Shown here piece after piece: positions 1 to 15,097 of a stretch of DNA of 64,000 nt. The position numbers and the translations under genes were made by a program. Numbering within the stretch: position 1 is the stretch's first letter; the number at the start of each line of letters is the position of its first letter. Where the stretch lies: NCBI RefSeq assembly GCF_009914755.1, contig NC_060944.1; one strand, 5' to 3'. The notes under the pieces are model-generated. The model was not told where the DNA came from. It saw nothing but the letters and a program-made list of their open reading frames with translations, and ran no database searches. The stretch is from the human T2T-CHM13v2.0 reference genome, Homo sapiens.

Positions 1-706
<706 letters not shown>

Positions 707-884
707 TAAAAAGTAATCTAGCTGTGGGCATGCAGCATGCCATGGGTGTCAGGTGATGTCATTTCAAGGAGAATCCGGTTAAGGGTAGTTTGGTAAAGAA
801 AGCTGAAATTTATTTAAAATGACTCAGGTATCTTTAGAATTCTCAAAAGCTGCAGGAAATAAGAGTCTGGTACCCTGAGAAGCA

Positions 885-1135
885 TGGGGCAGTAGAAAGA
901 GCATGTGGGCTTTAGAGTTCAAACGAAGTCAGGCTCAAACATAGTTCTGTGATAAGCCCTGAGCAAGTTACCCGGGTCTTCCATTTCCCCCTTCTGGAGA
1001 AGTCCTTTGGAGGATGAGTCCTTCTGGAGGATGAGTCCTTCTGGAGGATGAAGTCCTTCTGGAGGATGAGTTCGTTGTAAGAATAAAATGAGAATGTAAG
1101 ACACCTAGAGGATGCCCGAGTAAAAAATGACAGTT
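885..1135 (+). mobile_element. Degenerate MIR containing a 17-bp minisatellite
   Basis: MIR-like core (agtagaaagagcatgtgggctttagagt...ctgagcaagttac...gttgtaagaataaaatgagaatgta). Confidence 0.55.
990..1071. repeat. Minisatellite, 17-bp unit CCTTCTGGAGGATGAGT, about 4.5 copies
   Basis: Directly visible tandem array with small indel variants. Confidence 0.9.
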
Positions 1136-1385
1136 GCTAGTAGTAGTAATTTGTAGGGCTCATTATCTAGAATAATTTTGTTTGACGTTACTAATTAAAA
1201 TGAACTCTTAAAGAAAAGCAGTGTATTTAGACTCTTGTAGTTAAGAAAAATTACACCACAGAGCCCTTTTTACTTTTTAAATTCATTTTTACATTTTAAA
1301 TTCATTGCATGTATTCATTATGATTCCCGTTGCTACTATTTTTTAGACTTGACAACTACATTTTATTTCTTTTCTTCCATAAAAG

Positions 1386-1470
1386 GTGTTTTACAGCTTT
1401 CACCACAGCTGCATCAGCTTATAGTTACTATCATTATGGCCGGAAGACTGTTCAGGTGATAAAAGACTGA
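1386..1470 (+). CDS. CRLS1: Cardiolipin synthase 1, last coding exon
   Basis: Pyrimidine tract plus AAAAG acceptor (AG at 1384-1385). Reads g|[30 protein letters not shown] at 1468-1470, matching the CRLS1 C-terminus as I recall it. Confidence 0.92.
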
Positions 1471-3569
1471 TGAAAGTCATCCCTCACTGTTAGTAAGGAA
1501 GCAGTATACATCAATGGGAACAGGGCCCATGGAAATGTACAGGAGTTTCCCTATTTTGGTGTTCAGCTTGAAAAAGGACTTGTCAGAATCAACTGTGTCA
1601 TCAAAATTTAAGTAATGTGCATTGAAAATAAGGTTGATCATGGGAATATGCAGAATTTCCAATGTATTTTTAAATACAAATAAAATTGTAATTTAGAATT
1701 TTTAATCTTAGGTTTCTTGATTAATTTATAAGAGATCAATTATTGTCAGTCTTTTTTGTATGTTTTTTAAAAACATAGTCCAGAGCATGGGCAGAATTGA
1801 CACCTCTCTTTTAAGTGAAATTTGGATTGCTCACAAAGCACTAGGAAATGTCATGGGGTTCAAATATATATCCTACACAACTGGGCAATACATTTTTGTT
1901 TGATTTTTAGGTCTGTGTATACATTAACAGTTCATGTAATTAATACCTGATCATTTGGGATAATGAAAGTGAAGTTAGTTGTAGATGAAGTAAAGTTATA
2001 AAAGAGATTAAAAATGCGGTAACTTTTTAAGATAATAATCATACAGAAGGTATGAAGTTCATTTTCGGTAGTCTTCCAACCTCTCAGGTGCCTAATAATT
2101 TATGTTTGAGGATAACAGGTAACAAAGATAGTCGAGATAGGAGAACGTGTCTATTAGTCTTTGCATCTAAAAGGCAGTGAGTTACGTTCCTGCCTTCCAC
2201 TGTGTTTCTGACATAGCAATGTTTGTTTGATATTGGAACCTGGATTCATATTTTATGTAAATAATATCAAGCTGTATATTTTTCAAAGGTTTTTTAAACT
2301 TTGGAGACTCTTTCTTTTGTTAAGCAGTTAAAGGAATAAAAGAGCTGGAAAAAAAATTGTACCTTCAACTCAGGTTGTTCCATATAACATACGTATTCTC
2401 TGCTGTTACGTAAGTTTTCCGATTCACAGAGTCCATTCATGTACATCACTTACACTTAAATTGTAAAAATAATTAGTCTGACCATCTGACTTTAAAAGAC
2501 TGTTGCTACACGTACATCATGTTTAGGAGAATGTGGGATATGGGGAAGGGGAGAAGAAGACAGTCCAGTGGTGACTAGTTGCTGCTGCTTAACCTATGGC
2601 CTATTGCTGCCCATTGTCCCTGGTTTTAATCCAAGCCTATTATGGAATACTGCAGTGAGATTATCCATTCTCAGCCTGTTGAGCTGCATTAAATTAGAAT
2701 GGGAGGCTGTAAGTAAAACTCATGCCTCTTGGCCAGGCATTCTGCACCAGCGTGTCCCTCTGTGGCTTGCTGGTCCTGGTTGTTCTCAGACTGGCAGCTG
2801 AGCTGCGCTTGGCTTGAAGCATACTGAAGCCTGCAGCCAGGGACACCGCCATTGAATCAGATGGAGGGGGATGAAAAAGCAGAGAAGGGGGCATGTGGCT
2901 GGCTATTCTTGCTCTCTGGAGAACAGCTTCATTGTTAGGAGTAGTTAGGCTGAAAGTGGACTTCCCACTGCTGAGCCACCCAAGAGGCACACTGAGCATT
3001 AGTGACGGGTGAGCCACATAAGAATAATGTTTAAAAAAGAGAGGACTTGAAGTAGCTATGCGAAAATTTAGAACTTTGCACTTTGTTAACGCTTATTTAT
3101 GGTTTAGTGTTGATGCCATTTGGAGTGACCTATGGGTTGGACCCATATCTTTTTATTATTAAGGTCTCAATCTGGCTCTGGTTAATAAACGTTTCCCGCT
3201 TCATCCCTTAGGAAAATGGTCCAAGTCTCCTCAGGCTTTTGGATACTGAATTGTTATAAAACACATCAATTCTGCCAGTTTATAAAACACTGGAATTGTA
3301 TTAGACATGTCTGAGTATGTACTTGTTTATAGACTCAAAACATGATGAAAATTCATTTCATTGTCTTCACTGAATAGACTTAACCTTGACAGTAAGCTTA
3401 AAGCATTAGTGTCATTTAATTACATGTCTGAGGAATTTATGCTAACTAGATTTTGGGCTTTTGCAGCGAATTTTAGTCGGGGCCTCATTCCTGAGCCCAA
3501 GTGACCCTTTCACCTCAGCTTCCCAAGTAGCTGGGATTACAGGTGCACACCAACTGTGCTTTGCAGTTT

Positions 3570-3573
<4 letters not shown>

Positions 3574-3623
<50 letters not shown>
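3574..3623. repeat. (TG)25 microsatellite next to a short Alu fragment
   Basis: Uninterrupted TG run. Confidence 0.95.
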
Positions 3624-3626
<3 letters not shown>

Positions 3627-3903
3627 TTTGTTTTTTTTACAAGCCCACAACATCATAGCTTTGCAGTTTTTAACCAGGAGCTGGTGGAGATCTTTGAAAT
3701 CATTTAGGCCAATTCTTTTAGTTACATTTATGATGAAACTAGGGATCTACCTTAAAGTTTTGGGAAGCTCTTTCAAAACTTCAGACACCTAGAAATATAT
3801 ATAGTGCAGTTCAGTTTTAGTTTCTGCAGCATGGTTTGGAAACAAAAGATACATAGGATTTAAACTCGATTTGTTTTCTTCTTACAGTAGAAGTAAATGC
3901 TCT

Positions 3904-4351
3904 TGTGGCTTGAATCGCATCTCCCAAGAAAGATACGTTCACGTTCAAACCCCCAGTACTGTACATGTGACCTTATTTGGAAATAGGGTCTTTTTAGATG
4001 CAGTCAAGATAGAATTAGATCATACTGGATTACAGTGGGCCCCAATAACTAGGTTTTTTTGTTAAAAAAAAAAAAAAAGGAAATGTGAACAGAGAGAGAA
4101 TGCCGTGAGATGATGGAGGGATAGATTGGAATGATGTCTGCGAGCTAAGGAATACTGAGGATTGCTGCCAACCATCCGAAGCTGGGAGAGGAGATGGAAC
4201 AACTCCCTCGGAGCCTCCAAGAGGAACCAACCCCACTGATGCTTTGATTTGGGATTTCCGGCCTGAACTGTAGGAAAATAAATTTCTGTTCTTTTAAGCC
4301 ATTTTTACCAGTTTGTGGTAACTTGTTACAGCAGCTGCAGGAAATTAATAA
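3904..4351 (+). mobile_element. MaLR solo LTR (MLT1B/C-like)
   Basis: Typical blocks: atgtgaccttatttggaaatagggtcttt...; ...aataaatttctgttcttttaagcc...tttgtggtaacttgttacagcagc...gaaattaata. Confidence 0.8.
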
Positions 4352-4352
4352 A
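4347..4352 (+). terminator. CRLS1: Candidate distal poly(A) signal of CRLS1
   Basis: Last + strand AATAAA before the convergent LRRN4 3' end. Confidence 0.55.
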
Positions 4353-4589
4353 TGCCAATGTTGAAAATTAAAATCTAGAAATATGGCTCTAATTATAATT
4401 TCATAGAATCATTTTTTCCCCTGAGTTTCCCCTGAGTTTGCATAAAAGTGAAAAAGTAGAGGACAGAGTAGATGCCTCCCACATGAAGACACAGATTATT
4501 AAGGCATTGTTTGATGCAATTAGGGCAGAGAAACACGGGCTTCTAGCTAGAGCCTCGGGTTCTCTTTTGCTCATTTCTTCCCTCTAATT

Positions 4590-5341
4590 AAGAAAAAATA
4601 TTTCCAAAGTTTATTATGCCTCCTAAAAAATGAATTTATAATTCATTTGTCCATTTAGTCTTAGGTGAAATGCAGTAAACACTAACTTAAAAGGACAGCC
4701 TTTCCCTGTGTTTGACAAATGTTCCCAGAAAACTGGTTTTAACTGTAAAGCCGGGAGTACATTTTCTTGTCATGTCCTGAAATGGAACTAATAAACCCAG
4801 AAGGCCTTAGGAAGCAACCATTAGCTCTCCCCCTTACCCTAGTTCTCAGGAATTGGAACTGGAAATCCACTGGAATTGATTTCTTGAATAACAGAGCTCG
4901 TTGTGTCTTAGAGCTTGACCATGAAGGAGCTTCCGCTGGAAAGACCTGAGGATGTGATTTCTAACATGATCAAAGAGGCTGGGTTATGCAACTTCTCTGT
5001 TTCATCCCTTCCTACGTCCATACACTATTCTACTGGATAGAGAGGCACTGACTGCTGAAAACCGCAAATGAACCAACAACACACAAGAAGGCCTGGCGGC
5101 AGTGGGGAGCGATCTGGCATTGACCATCAGGTTTCTGGGAACAGAGTTAAGTAGAAGGAAGGGAGGGCAGCAGTTCCTTGGACCCAGACACTCAGTGTGG
5201 CAAGTTCCATGTGTGCTCAAGGCATTCTGGCTTCACGGGAATTAGAAACCCTAGGAGCGGATGGGGTCGTTTTTGACCGTCTGTGTCTTCCTTTTTGCGC
5301 TCAGATCCAGTTCGATGAGACGCGTTATCCCAGAAGCTGGG
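4590..5341 (-). other. LRRN4: LRRN4 3' UTR (end uncertain)
   Basis: Follows the stop at 5342. First canonical minus-strand AATAAA is at 4610-4615; a variant AAGAAA lies at 4880-4885. Confidence 0.55.
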
Positions 5342-6720
5342 CTAACTGACGGTCTGGAGCCCCAGCGGGTAATCATCAAAGGCCGGGTTTTTGTAGGCCA
5401 CCAGGTGCGTGTCGCAGCGCTGCAGGCCCAGCGTCTGGCCCCGCCTGCAGAGACATGCGGACAGCACCACGGTGCTGGCGAGCAACAGGCCGCTGGCGGC
5501 GCACAGCCCAGAGAGCAGGAGCGCGAAGCTGGGCTTGGTGGTGAAGGCGGCGCACGGGCTCCTCCAGCCCGAAGACCGTGGCTGGCTCAAGCCCGCCCTG
5601 TTGGCCGCCAGCACGCACACGCGGTAGGTGGTGCCCGGCGACAGCCCGTACAGAGGGTGCTGCCGGGCCGTGGCGTAGATGACCCCCACCACCGACTGGT
5701 TCCCCGCCCAGCCCTCCGCAGAGTAGCGGATCTGGTACCCATGCACTACCGAGTTGGGGGCACACCAGTGGACCAGCGCCGACGTGTCCGTGGTCTCCGT
5801 CACCCCCTGCAGCCTGGGCGGGTCTGGGATGGTGTCTTCCCCGCTGAGGCCGGGGCACCGGCACCGCCACCGCCTCTGCAGCTCCGCGCACGGGGTCTGC
5901 AGGTGCTTGCAGGGATGGTAATCACAGGGGACGTCCTGGTGAGGCGTTCCCACCTCCTCCTTCCTCCCTTCCTCCTCCTCACTGTAGTCGTCCAGCAGCA
6001 AGACTGGAATCTCGCCCTCGGAAAGACTCGGGTTGGGGGCTTGGGGTGTGGCGTGTGTCCTCTGGCCGGGCTGAGGCGAGCTTATGCTGCGGTCCCACGA
6101 GGTAGGGAAGGGGCCCAGGAGCTTGCTGGCCAGTGGGGTGGAGGCAGCTGAGATATCAGGCTCAAGGACAAGCTCGGGGGCATGTTCTCCTCGGTGCTGG
6201 GTCCTGGTGGTGCTGGCAGCCCTGGGGAAAACGCTGGAGTTGCTGTGACCTGCTACAGAGTTGGTCGTGGAGGGGGCAGTCCCCTCCCGTGCATCGCTGT
6301 GCGGCCATGCAGCTATCGTGCGAGAGCCCACGTTAGGGGCCTTGGAGACACTCTGCTGGTCTCCCGCAGGCCGGGTGGCGGGGGCTGCGCTGGGCGCGAC
6401 GGTGGTACCCTGTGCGTAGGTGGAGCGGTTGAAGCAAGGTGGGTGTGAAGCCCCGAGAGTGGTGCTTTGGTCGGACTGGCACACTCCGGGCAGCTGGGAG
6501 AGTGACAGGGAGGCTGAGAAGGGGCCGCTGGATCCCGCAGCTGGCGCGCACATAGTGTCTGCTGCCCTGGAGGGGAGGCCAACCAGTTAGAAGACGTCTG
6601 GCTTCAGGGACACTTCTGCGCAGAGCTTTGAATCCTCATTGCCGACGTCACCCCCTGCCAAGCCCATCAACGCGTCTCTGCCAGGCACCCCAGGGCACAC
6701 ACGCCGCACACACACATCAC
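5290..6720. promoter_or_regulatory. Intragenic CpG island over LRRN4 exon 5
   Basis: High GC and dense CpG compared with the flanks. Confidence 0.75.
5342..6566 (-). CDS. LRRN4: Leucine-rich repeat neuronal 4, exon 5: end of LRRCT, Ser/Thr/Pro-rich stalk, Cys cluster, FN3 domain, TM helix, cytoplasmic tail
   Basis: Acceptor cctccag|G at 6567-6568. 1225 nt, in frame with ORF 5342-6553. FN3 motif (LVHWCAP...YQIRY...LYGLSPGTTYRVCVLAAN) and TM segment FALLLSGLCAASGLLLASTVVLSACL. Confidence 0.97.
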
Positions 6721-6959
6721 CTCATTGATTCTGGGGAAACCTTTGGAGGAAGCTCCTGTCCTCACTCCCACTGGGCAAAGAAGCAAACAGAAGTTTAGAA
6801 GGAGGAACTAATTGCCCAAGACACCATAGCTAGCAATGGCAGAGCCTACCCCGGGGCAAGCACTGAGAAGGAGTCCAGATTCTCTGAGTGTCATTTGCCA
6901 TTTTGTTCTCACCTGTCTGCTTCCTGGCAAGAAAGCACTAGTAATAAAAATCATACTCG

Positions 6960-7303
<344 letters not shown>

Positions 7304-7433
7304 CTATTCTTCACACTCCAATGTGTCAACTAATTTAGTCTGCACTACTTTTGCAGTAGACTCTATTACCCCATTTTACAGATGAGAAGGTAGAGGCCAA
7401 AGTAACTCAGGTGAAATAGCTCAGCTCAAATCA

Positions 7434-8245
<812 letters not shown>

Positions 8246-8862
8246 GAATCCTGCAGAATGGTGGTGAGGGGGGTTGCCTCCCAAGGTATAGTGTTTACTT
8301 GGTGGAAATGGTTTGAAAGTGCTCAGGACTGGGGGTGTTCCCAGCCCCCCAGCTCCCACTGTCTCCTGGTGGCCAGCCTAAATGTGGCTCCTCACTGCAA
8401 AAACAGCTCTTTCTAGCCAATAGTCTTCATAGGAATTTCCCAAGAGAGCTCTGTAAGCCCACGGGCCTAGGACTGGATAACCCGGGAGCAGGAGGCCAGG
8501 CTCCATCTTGAAGATTCAGTAGAACCCAGTGGTTAAGCCAGACTACACTTCCCAGCCTCCCTTGCAGGTAGGTGTGGCTCCTGGCTAATGAATGTGAGTG
8601 GAAGTGAGGAGTAACACCTCCCAGCCTGGCTCACCAAAAGCCTCCAGGTCTGCTCCTCCATGCTCTTTGCCCCTTCTGGCTGGCTGGAATGGAGGCAGCT
8701 TCCATCACCTGGATCCCTGAGTATGACTACATGGGAAAGGCTGCCCAGCCCAACATGGCCAAAGTGCCAAGCATGGTCACATGAGCAAGATGTAAGCTGG
8801 AGAACTTCAGCTCCTGAAGGCTGACCCTCTGCCCTCAGCCATCTGCTTTGTAAATGTGTTAC

Positions 8863-9000
8863 CTGCTTAGGACAGTTCTCTTTGCATCCGTGAGGAGCCA
8901 AGACAAGTCACAACTGCAAGTGAGGGGGTTGCCAAAGAGGTTGATCGATAGGACCTGGGAGGAATCCAGGGTCCAAGGAGGGAAGGAACTCAAGTTGCAG
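8863..9000 (-). CDS. LRRN4: LRRN4 exon 4 (last LRR plus LRRCT)
   Basis: tttcag|CTGC...AGCAG|gtaac. 138 nt, (N)CNLSSFPPWTLDSSQVLSINLFGNPLTCSCDLSWLLTDAKRTVLS(R), with GNPLxCxCxLxWL motif. Not in the ORF track. Confidence 0.96.
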
Positions 9001-9260
9001 CTGAAATACAAACAAAAAAATTAATTAAGTCAGGTTTTTACAATTGTATCAAAGATATTCCCAGAGAGGCATGGTGTCAGAACCATGCCCATGGTATCAG
9101 AAGCATTCTGATAGGGGTTGGAGAATACCGCTTTGGGCAAAACTCTTAATGACCTCGAACTTCATTTTTTGTCCTCTGTTGTAAAATGGAGATACCAACC
9201 TAACAGGAAATATTATGCTTCATATCAACTGGGGACAATATTCCTTCATATCAACTGGAG

Positions 9261-9420
9261 ACATAGCTAGAATGGAAATGTTAGAATGAGAGTTCAATCA
9301 GTATTTTTGTGTGTGTGTGGAAAGGAAATGCTTTTCTTTTTCCCTGAAGTGGGAAAGGAAGAGGATTACATTTTTTTTCTTTGAGTAACACCGTTGAGTC
9401 CTTTACTTACATTGTCTCAT
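9261..9420 (+). repeat. 160-bp direct duplicate of 11178-11338 (derived copy)
   Basis: About 97.5% identity (3 substitutions, 1 indel). Flanked by repeats of TCATATCAACTGGGGACAATATTCC. Confidence 0.92.
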
Positions 9421-9476
9421 ATCAACTGGGGACAATATTCCCATGACTGATCGTTGTATCAAAAAGAATGTGTGTT

Positions 9477-9870
<394 letters not shown>

Positions 9871-9964
9871 TTATTATGGACCAGTGTTATTGCACTGTGG
9901 CTGGTGACACTCAACACCAGTCCTTTGGAAGATGCCTCATTTAAGTGCATCAGTGAACTCTTGC

Positions 9965-10735
9965 TAAGTAGAGAGTATCCTCCAAACTTAGTAACTTAAA
10001 ACAATAAATATTTATTCCTTTGCATGATTCTGTGGGTTGGCTCAGTGGTTCTTGTGGTCTGGATTAGCTCAGCTGGGGCCAGATGATCTGGGATGGCCTC
10101 ATGTGTAAGCCTCAACTGGCTGTGCTGGGACTTCTCTCCATGTGTCTGTCATCACCCAGGAGGCTAGCCTGGGCTTATTCACATGGTAGTGGAGGGATCC
10201 CCAATAGCAGGAGAGGGCAGGCCCCAGTGCTCAATTGCTTTCTAGTTTCTGCTTACATCACATTTGCTAATATCCCACTGGCCCCAAGCAAATCACAAGG
10301 CCAAGCCCAGCTTCAAGAGGTAGAGCAATAGACTCCTTGAAATATGGGGCCTGGTGCAATGGCTCATGCCTGTAATCCTAGCCCTTTGGGAGGCCAAGGT
10401 GGGAGGATCATTTGAGGCCAGGAGTTTCAGACTAGCCTGGGAAACATAGCAAGACCCTGTCTCTACAAAAAAAATTTAACAGTTGGCCAGGCATGGTGGA
10501 GTACACCTGTGGTCCCAGCTACTTGGGAGGCTGAGATGGGAGGATTGCTTGAGTTAGAGGTTACAGTGAGCCATGATTGTGCCACTGCACTCCAGCCTGG
10601 GGAGCAGAACTAGGCCTTGACTCTAAAGAATTGAAATTTAAAAATATATATATAGGAGGAGCTGCAGTCATGTTGCAAAGAGTTGTGCCTACAGGGATGG
10701 GGGGAATTACTGAGGCCATTTTTGCATAGAGTCTA
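9965..10735 (-). mobile_element. Old MaLR (MLT1-type) LTR interrupted by an AluJ (~10348-10625, +)
   Basis: ccaaacttagtaacttaaaacaataaatatttatt... and ...tcacaaggccaagcccag...gccatttttgca blocks. Confidence 0.6.
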
Positions 10736-11177
10736 CCATACCTAGCAATGGCAGATCTGCTCCTGGCTCCCTTCTCTTTCTCACCCAGAGTCTCACAGAG
10801 TGTTTGGCCTTGACTTTCTCGACTCCCTGAGTCTCCTGGACCTCCCAGATTTTACCTCATTTACATGTACTCAGTGATAATTCATCATGGGCAATGGGAG
10901 CTGCATTTTACATTCAAGTCTCTTCTGACCAAAGGCTGGCTTTCCTCAGTCTGCCTGGGAACCTGCCCTTTACTACTCTGGAGAAGATGCTGTTGTTCTG
11001 GGAAAGGAAGGACATGTCACCCACATCTGCTCTATCACTTCTGGCCAGTAGGAAAGTGACAGTCACCCCTGGGACACCAGATTTATGTATGTGCCATTTA
11101 TATTAAAACTTAAGCCATATGTGCATATACAAGTGTATATATGTATATATGCGTGTATGCTTGTTTTTGCAGATTTT

Positions 11178-11338
11178 ACATAGCTAGAATGGAAATGTTA
11201 GAATGAGAGTTCAATCAGTATTTTTGTGTGTGTGTGGAAAGGAAATGCTTTTCTTTTTCCCTGAAGTGGGAAAGGAAGAGGATTATATTTTTTTTTCTTT
11301 GAGTAACACCGCTGAGTCCTTTCCTTACATTGTCTCAT
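11178..11338 (+). repeat. Source copy of the 160-bp duplicate
   Basis: Matches 9261-9420 and continues seamlessly into MIR-like sequence. Confidence 0.9.
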
Positions 11339-11737
11339 TAACATCACTATGACGACTTAGTGAGGTAGACAGCATGTTACATGTTCTACATGTAAAGAAA
11401 ATTATTCTTAGGGGAAAAGGTACAATTCGCTTTGGTGGTTCTTTCTGCCACCCAGTGCCACCTACACGTGATGAAGTCCCACATGCTGAGGAAGGAGAGA
11501 GCCTGGCTGGTTCCTGATGCATGTCACATTTGGGTATTCTCTACTTCTGATAGGGCCCTAGTGTGGAAGAAGTCTCCATTTGCTCTCCTGAATAATTTCT
11601 ATTGGAGAATTGTTAATAGAAATTGCAGATACTTCCATGTCACTTTCCAGTAGTTCCATGTCATTTACAATCATTAAAATGATGAAAGTTATTAGACTTA
11701 CTGGTAGATTTTGTCACTTAAGGTGTTAAAGAAGCAG

Positions 11738-11750
11738 ACACACATACACA

Positions 11751-11791
<41 letters not shown>

Positions 11792-11799
11792 ACACACAC
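11738..11799. repeat. (CA)n microsatellite
   Basis: Visible CA run with interruptions. Confidence 0.9.
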
Positions 11800-11824
11800 C
11801 ACTCTTCTGGTAAGAGTGGACCAT

Positions 11825-12286
<462 letters not shown>

Positions 12287-13558
12287 TCAAAGGGAAGGGG
12301 GCTGGCACAGGGGCTGTTGGGGATGGAAATGAAATGAGTCCTGGGGACTTGACTCCTGCAATGACTCTTCCACCCCTTTCACCTGGCTCCCTTGGGAATG
12401 AATGTCGCTGATGTCCCACATTTTGCCAAATCCCGTGGTCACCCCATTCTCAGCTGACTAGGGCTCCTGATGGTTTTGCCAACCACTCCCTCCCTCCTTA
12501 AGCACTCTCTTCTCTTGACCTCCAGGACATCACATTCTCCTGGTTTTTCTGCTACTCCACTGGTCATACCTTCTTGATCTCCTTTCCTGGTTCTTCTTCA
12601 TCCCGATGTTAAAAGTTGGGGTTCTTCAAGGCTCAGTTCTGGGCCCTCATCTCTCTGTACTGTCTCTCTGGTGATCTCATGAATTTCTTTGGCTTCAAAT
12701 ATCATCTTTATACTCCCAAATTTATACCTCTGGCTCAGACTCTCCTCCTCCAAGCTTCAGTCTGATGCAGCATTGTGTTTAAGGTATCAGATGTGGAGCC
12801 AAACTGCCTGGGCTCAAATTCTGATTCTGCTATTTACTAGCTATGTGAACTGGGGAAATGTATTTAACATCCCTGTGTCTCAGTTTTTTCATCTGCGAAA
12901 TGGGAATAATGACTGAATCCTCCCTATCTGGATTGCTGCAAGAGTAAATACTTCAATATATGCTTAGAACTATGCCTGGCACAGTACAACAGGTTCGTGT
13001 TATTATTACTGAACATTTCCCCTGGATGCCTCATAGATCTTTACTATCCAGCAGGCAATTAGATACGTGATTCTGGGGCTCATCAGAAGGCCTTGGCTGG
13101 AGATACTCAACTAAGCATCCTCAGCACAGAGATGGAGGGGGACGCATTAGGCTTTAGGGAAGGGGATGGTGCTGGAGTAGTGCATAGGGTGACAAATGAC
13201 CTGCAAGACAGTTATAAGTGGAAATAGGCAAGGACATTAAGAAGGCCTAGCCAGGAAGGCTGGAGAAGCACCAGGGAAACATCTGGGGGCCAAAGAGACA
13301 GAGAACGTCAAGAGGGAGGAAATAAACAATAGGCTCCACAGACGTAAGTGTCCACTGACTTGGCAGCTGATGTGGGTGGTCAGATTGCAGTGAATTGACA
13401 AGTAGAGGGATGAGAGGAAGTGGTTATCACTTCTCAACCTGGGATGCTTGCTCTTCTTGGGCCTGGATGGCCTTTCTCTTCTGACATTCACCCAGTGAGC
13501 TTGGACTTGCCTTTTGAGATATGGACCAATTATGCTGTTCCTGAAGAAGCCTCTCTGA

Positions 13559-14290
<732 letters not shown>

Positions 14291-15097
14291 AATTTTAGAG
14301 GACAAATACCATATGCCAGGCACTGAGCTAAGTGCTCTACATAAACCATATACTTTTTTTCTCATGAAAAGCCCCAAAGCAAACTTTTATTGTCATAGCT
14401 CTATCTTACAGATAAAGAAACTGCTTGATATTTGTATCCTGGCACTTTACACAGTTCTTGGGTTTTTATCGAGCTCAAAGGAGTCTGAGCCAGAGATACA
14501 AAGCATTTCTCCTCACAACATCGTGTGCTCAATAGCTATTTATTGAATAAAGGACAGAATGAGTGAATGGTTCTGCCTTTGCTTTGAAAAGTTGTTCATC
14601 CTTTTAGAAGAATAATTCCATCTTTAGTGACTGCATTGTGTAAAAGAGGACTAACAGGGCCTGCCCATAGACTTCCAAGGGATTTTCTAACAATATCAAT
14701 ACTTTCATCCCTAGACCCACTCAAATTCTGGAAGGGACTGAACTTGCATGACATGTGGGGAAGAAAGCAGATCCAGACAGAGAGGAGACCTGAGGTCCTC
14801 CTCACCTCTTCCCACTGTAAATTTCTAAGACTGGGCTTAAAATAAACTTTAAAGGCATAGGAGTTTGGCGTTCTAATGCTACTCTGAACTGGACTGAGTT
14901 GCAAGGCTAGATGGCTGGGTGGACTATCTGGGACCTACCCAAGATATCACCCAAAGGGTGGGGGAAAACAAAGCCCCAGAGAGGATTTGGAAGAGTAGTG
15001 GGAGAAAAATTAAGGTCTGGTTTGTTCTATAAAATTCAACATAGCGTAATGGGCAAAAATCAGTCATGTGATGAAGATGTGCCTCAGAAGCACTTAC

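Larger units (their letters stand above)
1471..4372 (+). other. CRLS1: CRLS1 3' UTR with alternative poly(A) sites (distal end approximate)
   Basis: AT-rich sequence after the stop. AATAAA at 1679-1684, 2335-2340, 4277-4282 and 4347-4352. Confidence 0.65.

Noticed and set aside
990-1071. Repeat array considered as CRISPR-like
   Set aside because: Units are contiguous with no unique spacers, no cas genes, eukaryotic intron.
5261-6151. 296-aa + strand ORF antisense to LRRN4 exon 5, and a 171-aa alternative-frame ORF at 5376-5891
   Set aside because: Expected shadow ORFs of a GC-rich coding exon. No domain, weak start context, no promoter or splice support.
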